In this document: positions 48,578 to 60,167 of the stretch, one piece after another
Layout: each line of letters starts with the position of its first letter
Numbering within the stretch: the stretch's first letter is position 1
From: Guillardia theta CCMP2712
Taxonomy: Eukaryota > Protista > Cryptophyta
Assembly (NCBI RefSeq): GCF_000315625.1
Contig: NW_005434535.1
Coordinates: 29,237-90,454 of the forward strand
Direction: 5' to 3'
DNA: 61,218 bases
The notes under the pieces: generated by a model
Database searches by the model: none
Told to the model about the DNA's origin: nothing
The model's input: only the letters and a program-made list of their open reading frames with translations
Program-made: the position numbers and the translations under genes

Positions 48578-49224
48578 TGACTGTCATTAGCCGGCCCGGG
48601 GATGACAAGTTCGTGAGGCTGAAGGCTTCACCCTCTCGGAGCCTCAGCGGCCACCAGATCAGCCGCTTCGAGGCCCGTGACCGTCATACACTGAGGCTAG
48701 GCCCGTCTTCCATCGGGGAGTCACCGTGAGTGAGTGACATGTCACGGTTACAAGCTCGCCGGAGTCCCCGCGATACAGCATCCGATGACGGTTGCGAACT
48801 TGGGAACATTTTCATCATACTCAAGAACCGTGGCATACTAGGCTTAGAAAGCTGTTTGAACTACGCCGAACACTTGCTCTCAGCCGCGCCGAGTTCACAG
48901 TGGCACAACACAACACAATACTAATTGCAAACAAAGCAATGAGTGAAATAACAGCCTCAAGGGCTAATCGCCCCGACAGCAGAGGTACAACTTGAATTCA
49001 GAGAGCCAGTAAGGCGAAAGAGCCCTTGCTGCCTTGGCGGAAACAAGGGAAGTGAAGACCGTAACTTCTCTAGCTGCTCACTCGTGATCTATATGAATCC
49101 TTGCTTCAGAGGCCTTGAAAAACTTGGCAGAGCTCTCATTGGCATATAAGCAGAGGTGTCTGATAGTCATCATACGTTCGTCTTTTACTGCACGAGCCGC
49201 AGCATCTTGAAGGGCCTCCGCATC

Positions 49225-49947
49225 TCAACGCTCGAAACCATGCCGCTTGATGAAACGATTGCACCACCCCTTGCTCGCCACAAACCCTTCCACCCCCAGC
49301 TCTCTCGCGATCTCCCCTGCCCTCTTGCGGGTCTGCTTCCTCCACTGCTTGTCGTCGAGGTTCGCCTCCACAAACTCGTGCAGCCTTCGCTCCAGCTCCA
49401 AGTTGTGAGTCCTCGCACAGCAGCTCTGCGAGGCCTCCACCCCCACGCTGTGAATCGATCGCAGCCTTGCGATGTTCTCCGGCCGCAGGATCTTGGAGAT
49501 GGCAGACTTGCTCTTGCCGTAGCGAGCCGCCAGCACAGCCTGCGGGGTGCGGTTGCACTCATGGTCTTGAGCGATGGCGAGCTTCTCGGCGATAGTGAGC
49601 TTGGTCTTGCTGCGGCAGGAGAGGCTGTGGGATGCTTTGCGCGACTCGGTCCACGAGGAGGAGCCAGAGCGAGGCGCTTGCGGGACAGGCGAGGGCGAGG
49701 AGCCTCTGGAATGCGCAGGAGCAAGGGGTATCGCTTCGATGCCTTCGGGAGGCAGGGGTCTTGAGAGGATCTCCTGATCAAAGCTGGTACCGTGTTCGCC
49801 GTACAGGACACGGTGTATGGGGTCGCTGGGCGCTCGCTCGAAGGTGGCGCAGTCTTGGCAGTCATGGAATAGCAGGAAAGACGAGGAGAAAGGATCAGAC
49901 TCCAGGGGGCAGGATGCGGTCGTCTCAAAGAGAAGGAGTGCAGTCAT
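49225..49947 (-). CDS. CENP-B/pogo-type helix-turn-helix DNA-binding protein lacking a DDE domain, copy A
   Basis: KTKLTIAEKLAIAQ...QAVLAARYGKSKSAISKIL (psq-type HTH) and LELERRLHEFV...KRAGEIARELGVEGFVASKGWCNRFIKRHG (HTH_Tnp_Tc5 signature), then a stop. Confidence 0.85.
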   Translation of the reverse strand: MTALLLFETTASCPLESDPFSSSFLLFHDCQDCATFERAPSDPIHRVLYGEHGTSFDQEILSRPLPPEGIEAIPLAPAHSRGSSPSPVPQAPRSGSSSWTESRKASHSLSCRSKTKLTIAEKLAIAQDHECNRTPQAVLAARYGKSKSAISKILRPENIARLRSIHSVGVEASQSCCARTHNLELERRLHEFVEANLDDKQWRKQTRKRAGEIARELGVEGFVASKGWCNRFIKRHGFER

Positions 49948-51766
49948 AACAAGGGCAGTGTGTGTTTCAATGAAGGGTGACCAAAAAGCACGCGAGGAGG
50001 GAGGCACGGATAGAGCAAAGGGAAGGGAGGGAGGACGGGATCGAGGGAGAAGAGGAGAGCGGGAGGATGTGCCAAGAAGAGCGATGGCAGGTGGGGAAGG
50101 GAGTAAGTTCAACACTGTCACGTAAAGTTGCCAAGACATATAAAGGGAAGTTTTAAAATGTGCGTTTTTGTTGCCGGAGTCAACTTGAAAAATAAGAAGC
50201 CAACTTAACTGTTCGGTTTGAAATGTTTCAAAACATTGGAGTGTGGAGATTTGAAATATGAGGCCCGAGAGGTTGAAAATCTCGTCGTTCTAAAACTGGC
50301 TCGGACTGGTTAACATTTCAAAGTTACTACAGGTCGCAGTGAGGCTATATATTCCCGGAGTCCGACTTCGACTCCGGCGCCCAGTTACTAAGTTACGGCC
50401 CCCGGCCGGCCGCCCGCCGGCCGGTCACGGACATCATAGTATGGTATGGTGTCCGGGAGTCCCGGAGTCCGGCCGGGCCGGCGGTTCACCCCCGGCCCCC
50501 CCCGGTGACCGTCCCGGCCGCGATCCCGACGACGGTCGCCCCGCCGCAAGCCGCCGCACCGTGCCACTGCCACTGCTGGCAGCCGCTGACACGGTTCTCT
50601 TAGTATTACAACTATTCGATGATGCCGCGTGTGCGACCGTACCGTACTGCAATCGGATGGCGACTCCGAGAGCCGCCGCCGGAAGCCTTCCTACGGCCCA
50701 CGGTCACGTGGACCTCAGTGAGTCAGACTTCACTGATCATAGGAATAGCCGGGCCCCCTGCTTAACTAGCCTAGTAACACTATACAACCGTAACGCTGAC
50801 TCGAGCATGGCAGTCACCGGGGGTCACCTCAGCACTGAGCTAGCCGGCAGTGAGTTCTTCGCCGAGTCCCGACTCAGTCCCGGCTTACTCCGATGATCTC
50901 TCAAACCTCTTCCGAGCCTTCCTTTCCATCAATCACCGTGCCCGCGGCTACCAGGCTGCTCTTCACCGGGCCGTACCGTACCGTACGGTAGTACTTCGCT
51001 ACAGCATACATTCCACAGAGTCCGAGTAGGCAAACAAGCCTAGTAGTACTGCCGGGCCGCCCGTCAGGGGGGGGCCGTCCTTTAGACGCCGGGAGTCACG
51101 GTACTACTCATTCGGACTGGCAGGCCCGGCCGGCGCGGCGGCAGTGACAGTACGGTGCCTCGGATCGGAGCGGCCGCCGCGGGCCGGACGGGCCGCGGGT
51201 TCGCCGGGCCGGGCCGCGGCGGCGGATCGGATTGCCGCCGCGAGTCGCCGGGACCGTCCGACGACCGCCCCGGTGACCGTACCGTACTCAGTGTGACTCA
51301 GGCTACAGGCTCATGGACCGTCGCTCACGGACGGTGCCAGCCTGAGGCCATTGAGAAGAGGTCAGGCATATCCACGAGATTTTCAACCCCCACCTTTACA
51401 TTTCAAAATACCCCCCACAACATTTCATACATTGTTCTAGATCATTTTTTTTTTAAGTTGACCAGGACGGGCAACAAGTGACAGTTTTTAAATTACTGTC
51501 AGGCCCCTCCTTTATATGGTTGCTCCTTTTCCCCCAATCCGTTCAGTCGCTCCGTTCCTGCCTCCGCTCCCCTCCCTCTCCCTTCCTCCGTCCCTTCCCT
51601 TTGCTCGAACCTTGAGTCTCCCTCCTGCATGCCCTTCGTCAGCCTCCATATCCCCAATCACGCTCTGCTCTAGTATGACTCAACTCTTTCAGCTTTGACT
51701 GACTCAAAAAACCTCATTGCCCACCTTGTTGTTCTTACATTCAACTCCTTTGGTCTTGAAGACAGC

Positions 51767-52471
51767 ATGTTTCAGACGACCGCATTCACCGCCCTGGAGT
51801 CTGATCCTTTCTCCTCCTCTGTCTTCCTACCAGAGCGGCAAGACTGCGCCACCTTCGAGCGAGCGCCCAGCGACCCCATACACCGTGTCCTGTACGGCGA
51901 ACACGGTACCAGCTTTGATCAGGAGATCCTCTCAAGACCCCTGCCTCCCGAAGGCATCGAAGCGATACCCCTTGCTCCTGCGCATTCCAGAGGCTCCTCG
52001 CCCTCGCCTGTCCCGCAAGCGCCTCGCTCTGGCTCCTCCTCGTGGACCGAGTCGCGCAAAGCATCCCACAGCCTCTCCTGCCGCAGCAAGACCAAGCTCA
52101 CTATCGCCGAGAAGCTCGCCATCGCTCAAGACCATGAGTGCAACCGCACCCCGCAGGCTGTGCTGGCGGCTCGCTACGGCAAGAGCAAGTCTGCCATCTC
52201 CAAGATCCTGCGGCCGGAGAACATCGCAAGGCTGCGATCGATTCACAGCGTGGGGGTGGAGGCCTCGCAGAGCTGCTGTGCGAGGACTCACAACTTGGAG
52301 CTGGAGCGAAGGCTGCACGAGTTTGTGGAGGCGAACCTCGACGACAAGCAGTGGAGGAAGCAGACCCGCAAGAGGGCAGGGGAGATCGCGAGAGAGCTGG
52401 GGGTGGAAGGGTTTGTGGCGAGCAAGGGGTGGTGCAATCGTTTCATCAAGCGGCATGGTTTCGAGCGTTGA
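51767..52471 (+). CDS. CENP-B/pogo-type HTH protein lacking a DDE domain, copy B (inverted duplicate)
   Basis: Protein identical to copy A from QDCATFERAPS to the stop; diverged N-terminus. Confidence 0.85.
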   Translation: MFQTTAFTALESDPFSSSVFLPERQDCATFERAPSDPIHRVLYGEHGTSFDQEILSRPLPPEGIEAIPLAPAHSRGSSPSPVPQAPRSGSSSWTESRKASHSLSCRSKTKLTIAEKLAIAQDHECNRTPQAVLAARYGKSKSAISKILRPENIARLRSIHSVGVEASQSCCARTHNLELERRLHEFVEANLDDKQWRKQTRKRAGEIARELGVEGFVASKGWCNRFIKRHGFER

Positions 52472-54209
52472 GATGCGGAGGCCCTTCAAGATGCTACTGA
52501 GGGGCAACCAGATCTGTTAAGATTTTTTACTGGAACACTTTTGATGGGTAGCAGGACGCAAATACTGCTCTAGAACCACCCGCCTACTTTTCTTTGTCTC
52601 TGATTCTTCCCTTTGTTCTTGTTATCTTTCCCAGACAGATTCCAGTAGGACATTCTAAGTACTGAGGCTCGGTGAGCGCGCAGTCTTGCTGACAACTGAA
52701 ACTATGAACTCACACTCAGCGCACGCTCAAAGCACGTCCGCTGCCATCGCTGACTTGAAGCTCAAGAGTAGTGATATGACGTTTATTCCAGATGCATCTC
52801 AAATACAATAGAGAAGACCATAGCTTCTCTTCCTGCCCACTCGCGCTTTATAAGAATCGATGATGATCCTTGCTGCCGCGTGTGCGCCGGGAGGCTTGAG
52901 CTCACCTTCGCAGGGCTCTGATACCCTCTCCAGTATAACCAGGCTTGACTTCGTGTAAACCTCCGCCATGGCAGTTCGAGCTCTCGAGCTCGTGCTCTTT
53001 TCCGAAGTTCCTGTCAGACGTCCTCACCATACTGTCACTTGCAATCCGACCATTTTCCAATCCGATGATCAACATCACTGTTGAACTTTCCGAAGGGGCC
53101 CGGGGCTGGCCGCGCCCGGGACGGGTCGGCCGGGCAACTTGGCAAGCCTCTCCAGCCGCCCGGGCCCCTGCCTTACTCGGACCTGCAGGCTTCCGACTTG
53201 GTTCACCACTCGATGAGACGCACTGAAGCCCTGAACTTCTCGCGTCTGAAAGAACTTCGGAGAGTCTTCTGAGCCTGGGTTGTCAGAACCAAGCCTTCTT
53301 ACCGTGGCACACGGCGGACTCCGAGCCTGAGTCGGGCCTGGGTTACTCAGTGGGGAGGACCCACGTGCCTTTGTACCTTCGGAAGCCTCATCCGATCCTG
53401 GTGAACGGAGGCTTCGGAACCAGTCACTGGCATGATGATTCACCGTGGCACGGTGGCGCCGCCCGGCAGTCCGGGCCGGCGGCCATCATCAGAGTCCGAC
53501 ACTCGAAGTCACTACCGTGTGCCCGGCCTGTCTTACTCTGACTCGGTTTACTCAAAGTTAAGTTAAAATCAGTACGAGGACAATCAGGAGAGTACCTACT
53601 GGGGTATCAGTGAGACCTCTCATCCTTCCCAACTGCCCTGTGCCGCACCACCCCACCCCCTCTATACCCCTAGTGACTTTCGATTGAGACTACCCCGTCA
53701 CCGCCGCAAAGGACCCCCCTGTTACGGGGAAAGTCAACCTTGATCACTGCAGTACAAGCGAACTGTACCCACCCCTATCTCCCTTTTCTCACCACCCCCT
53801 ACTTTGACCACCATCAGCGGGTTGGGTTCATGTCACCCTCTTGCCTACAATCCATTTGTACTTTCCGTACCTCCACCACTACCCACCCCACCCCACACCC
53901 CTCCAGCAGAATGCTCACCCTACCCCCCCATCATCCCATGGAAACCTCGTCAAAGTTAATTACTATCCCTTACCTCCTACCCCTACCCCTACCCCCCGTT
54001 AGCCCTCTCACCGCTTCATAGCACCCCCTTGGAAGTTCCGACGACCACCCTACCCGTTTGTCATTTAACATCGGGACCAGTTTCACCAGTTTCCTTATCA
54101 AGGACCCCCTCAAATCCCCAGTTTGAGTACCCCCTCTTCCCTGAGAGTTCCCACCCTGACCCCCCATGCTTTTTGCATCCTCAAGTTGTCTTGTTCGAGG
54201 GAAATTTTC

Positions 54210-57049
54210 TTGCGACAGAGGGACGAGGAGGACAAGAGGAGGAGGAGGAGGAGGCAGGAGACTGGACGAGCATAACACACGATGAGCTGGAGACAGAGAA
54301 AGGTAAGAATCCTTTCACTGCTCATTTTTAGGCAGTAGCACTCCATCCTCGCTTTGCTAGCTTTCCCACTAGTCCTCGGGGTCCTGCGCGCTCTCAAATC
54401 ATCCTCATCGTGAAGATGTATCCGTATTCAAACAGCGCTCCTCTTTCACTCCTCCATCAAACTTCTCCCCATCAATTCACTCTCCTTCTTGCCGCCTCTC
54501 CGATTCCCCTCCATGAGTACAGCGTGTGCTTCACCTACCATGCCGACCTCCTGTTCATCAGGCGCAGTCTGGCAGCGGATGCCTTTGGGCGCAGCTGCGG
54601 GTGAACAGAACTAAGAGTTTCGAGCACAAGGACGTTCTAGAGGACTCCACGTCCTTCAAGGACGTCATGTCGCAGCTGCAGAAGATTGAATCGGAGTGAG
54701 CAATGTTTATCCTCCCTCTCTCCCTCCCTCCCTCCCTANNNNNNNNNNNNNNNNNNNNNNNNNNNNNNNNNNNNNNNNNNNNNNNNNNNNNNNNNNNNNN
54801 NNNNNNNNNNNNNNNNNNNNNNNNNNNNNNNNNNNNNNCGCTCGCTCCGTCGCTCCCTCCCTCCCGTCGCCCCCTCCCTTCCTACATTCAACCACACCCA
54901 CCCACCCATTCTCCCTCCCTCCCTCCCTCCCTCCTGCTTGTCTCCTTTCATCCTTCTCTTCAGACTCTGATTTTTCATGATCTCCCGCTAACGACAGTGA
55001 CCAGGAACCTGGCCTGCATGACTGGCCGCTGCAGCGACAGGTACAACTACATCACAAGTTCCGTGCGCAACAACAACCACAGCATGTCCATCGGTCAGTT
55101 TTGTCTTTGACGTACGTATACAGAGGAGGGGAACTGATGCGATTCTGTCTTCAGCTCCCCATCATGAGCGGAACAAGACGGTCTGCATTCCCAACGTTGT
55201 GACTTCAGTCAAGAAGACGCTAACCGTTGCCATCCCGACCCTCGACCTGGAGGTCATGCTGGAGAAGCAGAAGCAGAGGCGGTTTCAGAGGACCGGGTCT
55301 GTGACCGAGAGGTACGTAGCGGGAGCAAGAGCTGTCTTGTGCTGATACTTTATTGGACCCTAGGACGAGGGGCCATCCTGCCTCCGACTCTGCGCTGTCG
55401 TCGAGCAGTACCCCCAAGGCAGGCATGGAGACCGACTGGCTGTCTCCGACGGCGGGAGAGGAGGAGAGGGTGGTGGGAAGGAGCGCCAGGTGGGGCGATA
55501 AGCATAAATGGAGAAGCAGGATCATAGCGTCAGCTAGCCAACCGAGTCTCTCCCAGTCGCTCAACGATATTTTCAGCCTAGAGAGGGATACGAGCGATGG
55601 GCAGACGTCACCGGAGGTAGCGACTACCCCTATGACCTCCCGCTCCTCCCCCATGGTCCGTGCCAAGCGCATGGGGCGGCTGCCCCTCGTTGCCAGCACG
55701 CCGCGGCAGAAACGGGAGGAGCTGCTGGGAAATGCTGTGCAGAACACCATCAATCGATGCCAGGTGCTGCAGAGGAAAGTGATCATCAGGCACGAGGAGG
55801 CGGAGAAGCTCGAGATGCAGCGGAGGAGGAAGGAGACGAGGAAGCTGCTGCGCGAGAAGGAGGAGGAGGCGAAGTTGCTCATGCGCGCCTGGCTCCCCAT
55901 CGTCTGCTCCGTCCGCGCGCTGCAGGCGATGCAGCAGGTGCTCGACAAGGACCGCCGCGTTCGCATCTACGTCGCAGATGCAAGAAGATCCAGCAAGCCT
56001 GGAGGAGGTTCCAGAGGGAGCGGAAGCTGATGAAGCTGCGGGAGCTGGTCCGGGTGGTCCAGAATCCTAAAAACTGCATGCACATGGCAGCGTTCAGGAT
56101 CCTTTTCTTCCTCCGCAGGCAGTTGGTTGCGCGGAGGATCAGGAAGAAGGGAAGGCAGTCGGACCTCATCGCTGGCTGGCTCAAGGAAGAAGTGCCGAAG
56201 CTCATGTTCGTCAAGGCGATACGCATGTTCCGCATGCGCGTCGTCACGTTGCAGCGGGGGGTCCTGAGGTTCCTGGGGACGATGGAAAGGCTGAGGTCCA
56301 AAATCCGTGCAGTGATCGACCAGGCGGAGGAGGTAGAGAGGATCAGCATTAAGAACCACGTCAACGAGCTGGGCTGGTTCCAGGCCATCGTCGCTCATGC
56401 TTGCGCCGAGACGAAGACGTTTGCATGCAAGCGGCTGGCATCGGCGATCCTCCGCGTGCACGCGAGGAGGAGGAAGGTGTTCGAAGTGGAGATGGAGGAG
56501 TACAGCTTGAAGCTGCGCAACGTGCTGGCAGTGCGGAGGGGCCTGCGGGGCTTCCTGGGGATGATGCATGGGACGACGGGGAAGTCCAACGAGTTCAAGG
56601 AGGAGCTGGAGAGGAACGCGCAGCACGACTTCTGCGTTGAGGACGTTCCGGTTCTGCCCAGCCTGGCGGAGTTGATCAAGGAGGAGCTGAGTGACAAGAC
56701 GACTAGGAGGATCGTCGTGGCGATCATGACGGCGGATGGAATCGGGCTGGGCCCCAAGGACACCCTGCTGCCCAATACTATTGTTGGACCTGAAAGTGAG
56801 ATTTGTTGATAGCTGCTTGATGACGAGGTGTTGTTGTTGATGATGGTGGTGATGGTGATGGTGATGGTGATGGTGATGGTAATGATGTTGATAATGATGG
56901 TGGTGGTGGTGGTGGTGTTGATGATGATGCATGGCTTGTATGCGTCATCTGTGTAACCTACTTCCCCAGAGATCAAACCCGATCTGTCAGCCCTGGCCAG
57001 CATCGATTTCAGCAAATTCCTCAAGAAGACCGTGATAACAAGTGCATGA
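54210..57049 (+). CDS. Hypothetical basic coiled-coil protein with IQ-like motifs, multi-exon; spans an assembly gap; apparent frameshift at ~55968; 5' end uncertain
   Basis: Coding-like ORFs 55353-~55968 and ~55968-56795 with CKKIQQAWRRFQRERK and VVTLQRGVLRF (IQ-like). Last exon KIKPDLSALASIDFSKFLKKTVITSA* follows a GT-AG intron. Confidence 0.6.
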
Positions 57050-57456
57050 CACGTCGATTTTTCGTGAAGGAGGCATCAATCAGAATGCTTTCACATGCAT
57101 ACTGAAAATATCTACCGCGAATCATCGCGTTGTTCCCTTTCTTCTCTAGATTTCTTTTCATGACTTAGCTTTCCGCTCAGGTCATGTGTAACTTGTACAG
57201 GTTTGAATTGTGGTTTTAGATTATAATGAGGTCTTACCTGCATCTAGTACCGAGTGCACTGGCAGAGTTGCCAGATCAAACAATCTCCAGCTGTCTGGAT
57301 GTGATTTGTCATCTACGGACATCAGTGCGTGCTGTACACTCCGAGATTTTAGCCACTGGGTTTAAAATCCACTAACCAACATATCTTCAAGATTGAACAC
57401 CATCTGCAATACATACATTCACATCTGCCATGCTCTATTTATTACAATCTCCTTGT

Positions 57457-58776
57457 TTACTGAAGGGGCTGGAAGTTGGCAAGCTGCTCGAGGGTGGGCT
57501 GCTTGGTCAAGAGCTGCTGGTGCAACATGCCTCCGAGGCCGATCATAGCAAGGCGGCCGTGCTTGAGCTCAGCAAGCTCGAAGCGGCGGAGAGCGCTTTC
57601 GTCAGACTGCAGACAGGAGGTCAGAGCAAGAAATCATGCTTGAAGGAAAGACAACAACATGGGGAAGACAGGAGGAGAAACTTACAGAGAGGTTGAGGGG
57701 ATCGAAGCCGAGGTCGCCAGGAGCACGGCCGTCAGCGAACATGTCTCCGGGGCTGATTCTGCCGTTGTTGGAGAGGATCTCGATAGCTCCGAGGGTGAAG
57801 AAGATCTGCCAGAGGCCGCCGGTGGGGACAGTGAAGAAGGCCTCGATGGGAAGCTTCTCGCCGAAGCCGGGAAGGGGGAGCTGGAACTTCTCCTGGACCA
57901 AGAAGCCGAGCGTTCCGAGCATGCAAACGCGTCCGTGCTTGAGCTCGGCCTCGCGGAGCCACTTGAGGTCGAAGTAGTTGGAGAAGCCGAGCGGGTCGAA
58001 GCCAACGTCGCCAGCCATGGTTCCGTCAAGAGCAGGAGGGCGGGACAGGAAGGGGACAGCGTACGAGCGGTCCTGCATCTTGAGACCTATCGCAACGTTG
58101 TCAGGAAAACTCGTCACAAATGACGATGGCAGTGAGACGAGCAGGAAACATCAAGTGAACAACCGCAGGATCAGACGCAACAGGAACAATAAAGCGAACA
58201 AGAAGGCAACGTCATCTTCCTCTCATGCAACTACAGGACGTGGTTGTCATGCCATTTTCATCAACAGCATGTCGCCACCAACACAGGAGACACGACAGAG
58301 TGAAAGAAAGCAACCAAAACACGATCAATATAACATTTCATGATTGTACACATCGACACACGTGCAATCTGACTTCAATCATCACCCCTCTTTGCACATT
58401 GAAAACATGTCATTCCCATGCCCGGCCCCACTCACGGGGCGTCACTTTGTGCCTTTCTTCCAGTAGATAAGACAGAGACAGCTACAACCACATCCTCCCA
58501 CGTCTCCAACATCAGACAACATCCTCCTAATCTTCCTTGCACGATTCTTCTGTCTTCACTGCATCATCATCCCCATCCTCAGCCCCTCGGATTTATCCCC
58601 ATCGAACAGATCCTCTCCTCCCTCTCTCCCGCTTCTCCCTCTCCTCTCATCGCAGTGCACAGTTCTGAAAGATGCTTACCCTGGGTGCTGGACCTGGCAG
58701 CTCTGGTAGGAAGAGCAGCAGGAGCGAAGGCTGACGCGGAAGCAGCGGCGGCGAGTACGAGAATCGCGCGGAGCAT
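57457..58776 (-). CDS. Chlorophyll a/c-binding light-harvesting complex protein (Lhcr-like) with bipartite plastid targeting, 3 exons
   Basis: Signal peptide [19 protein letters not shown], then [51 protein letters not shown]...[10 protein letters not shown]. Confidence 0.95.
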
Positions 58777-60167
58777 GGCGAAGGACGGCGACACCCTACC
58801 CCCAGTCCTCCTTAAGAGCCTCTACCCTCCACCCTCCTACCCTCTCCACTAATACCCCCACCCCCTAATTTCCAATCAAAAGCACCTTCCTTGGGCTCTA
58901 CTACCCTTACATCCATGTCGCTAATTCCAAGTACCCTCCAAAATCAAATACCACCCAACCTTTTATTATACTTTACCTATGTAAGACCCGGTACAAAAGT
59001 ACCATCTCTCGTGATCCACCCCTGTTCTGGTACACGAACCCCCTTTGGATTTTTCCAAATGAAATGACGGGTGGGGACACCAGAACATGGCGAGTGGAAG
59101 CGTTGTTTCTGATATAGGTGGGTACTGAACCAGAGGGGGTGTCCTCAAACGGGGGCGGTCAATATTGTTACATGGGTGGGTACTTTTAAGACTAAGTAGG
59201 GGGTGTCCAAGAATGTAAGATATTGTGTCCAGGGGTGGGGTGTAGTTACGTGGGGTGGTAGTGAAAGGGGGTACGGGGTGGGGGTCATCGAGGAAATCAA
59301 GTCATAAAGTCTTGTACATGCCCGAATAAATAGAGGGGGTAGGGGGGTGATGATACAGACCAAAGAATGGGTGAGGTAGTACACCCTACCCCATTCTTTA
59401 TCACTTTCATACGCTTGTATTTACCGGTTGTACAGTACAAGGCACGGGTCGCTTGAAAACAAGAAGGTCAGGGTCGATGGCTTTCTTCACCCGTACTCTT
59501 TCCTGTTCTTGTGAAGGGTAGGGTGGTGTAACAACGTGCGGTGCGAGTACCCACACTTTTCTCATGAATGTTCTAGGAGAAAGTATCGTAGGGTGATCAC
59601 CCACCCCATAATTTCCCAGGGAAAACCACCGGTCACACCCTATACCGTAATTTTGTTCACCGTCACTGATCAACCGAGTTGCTCGAGTTCAGTCTAGTTG
59701 CTACTAGGCTAGTACTAGTTCCAGTCAGTCAGTTCGGCCCGTGACTGTCCGCCCGCGGCCGGCCCTGTGCCAGGCTCCGGGCCCGGTTGATCGCCGATCG
59801 GACTCCCGGTGCCTGGCAGGGCTCTCGGCTCGGAGCCCGGCCCCGGGCTCAGCCGGGCGGCGGCGCCGTACGCCATGCGGCCCGGCCGTCGGGGGCGGTC
59901 CACCGTGACGGTGGGATCGCCGGGGCCCGGCGTCCGACCGGGCCGCCGCTCAGTTGCATGATCCGATGATCCGAGTGCGCGCCCGGGCCAGGCCGAAGCA
60001 GTCACCGTGGCTGAGTGCGCCGGCCGCTGAGCCTGGTAGACTCGCGCTAGCACTGATGGGATGATAGTGACGATAATCAAGTGATTTATTGTAAATTGAC
60101 TCACTGAAAGTCACGAGTCAGTGAGTCGCCTGTTGCTGCAGCTCAAGTTCCCTCCGACAGTGGCCAG

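Larger units (their letters stand above)
43260..48958 (+). mobile_element. Crypton-derivative tandem unit 2, interrupted by a TIR element and truncated
   Basis: Near-identical to unit 1 from 43260 to ~46402. Homology to 42640-42850 resumes at ~48734-48958. Confidence 0.8.

Noticed and set aside
50339-51481. Pro/Gly/Arg-rich ORFs in the GC islands
   Set aside because: They are stop-poor because of base composition and show no protein motifs.
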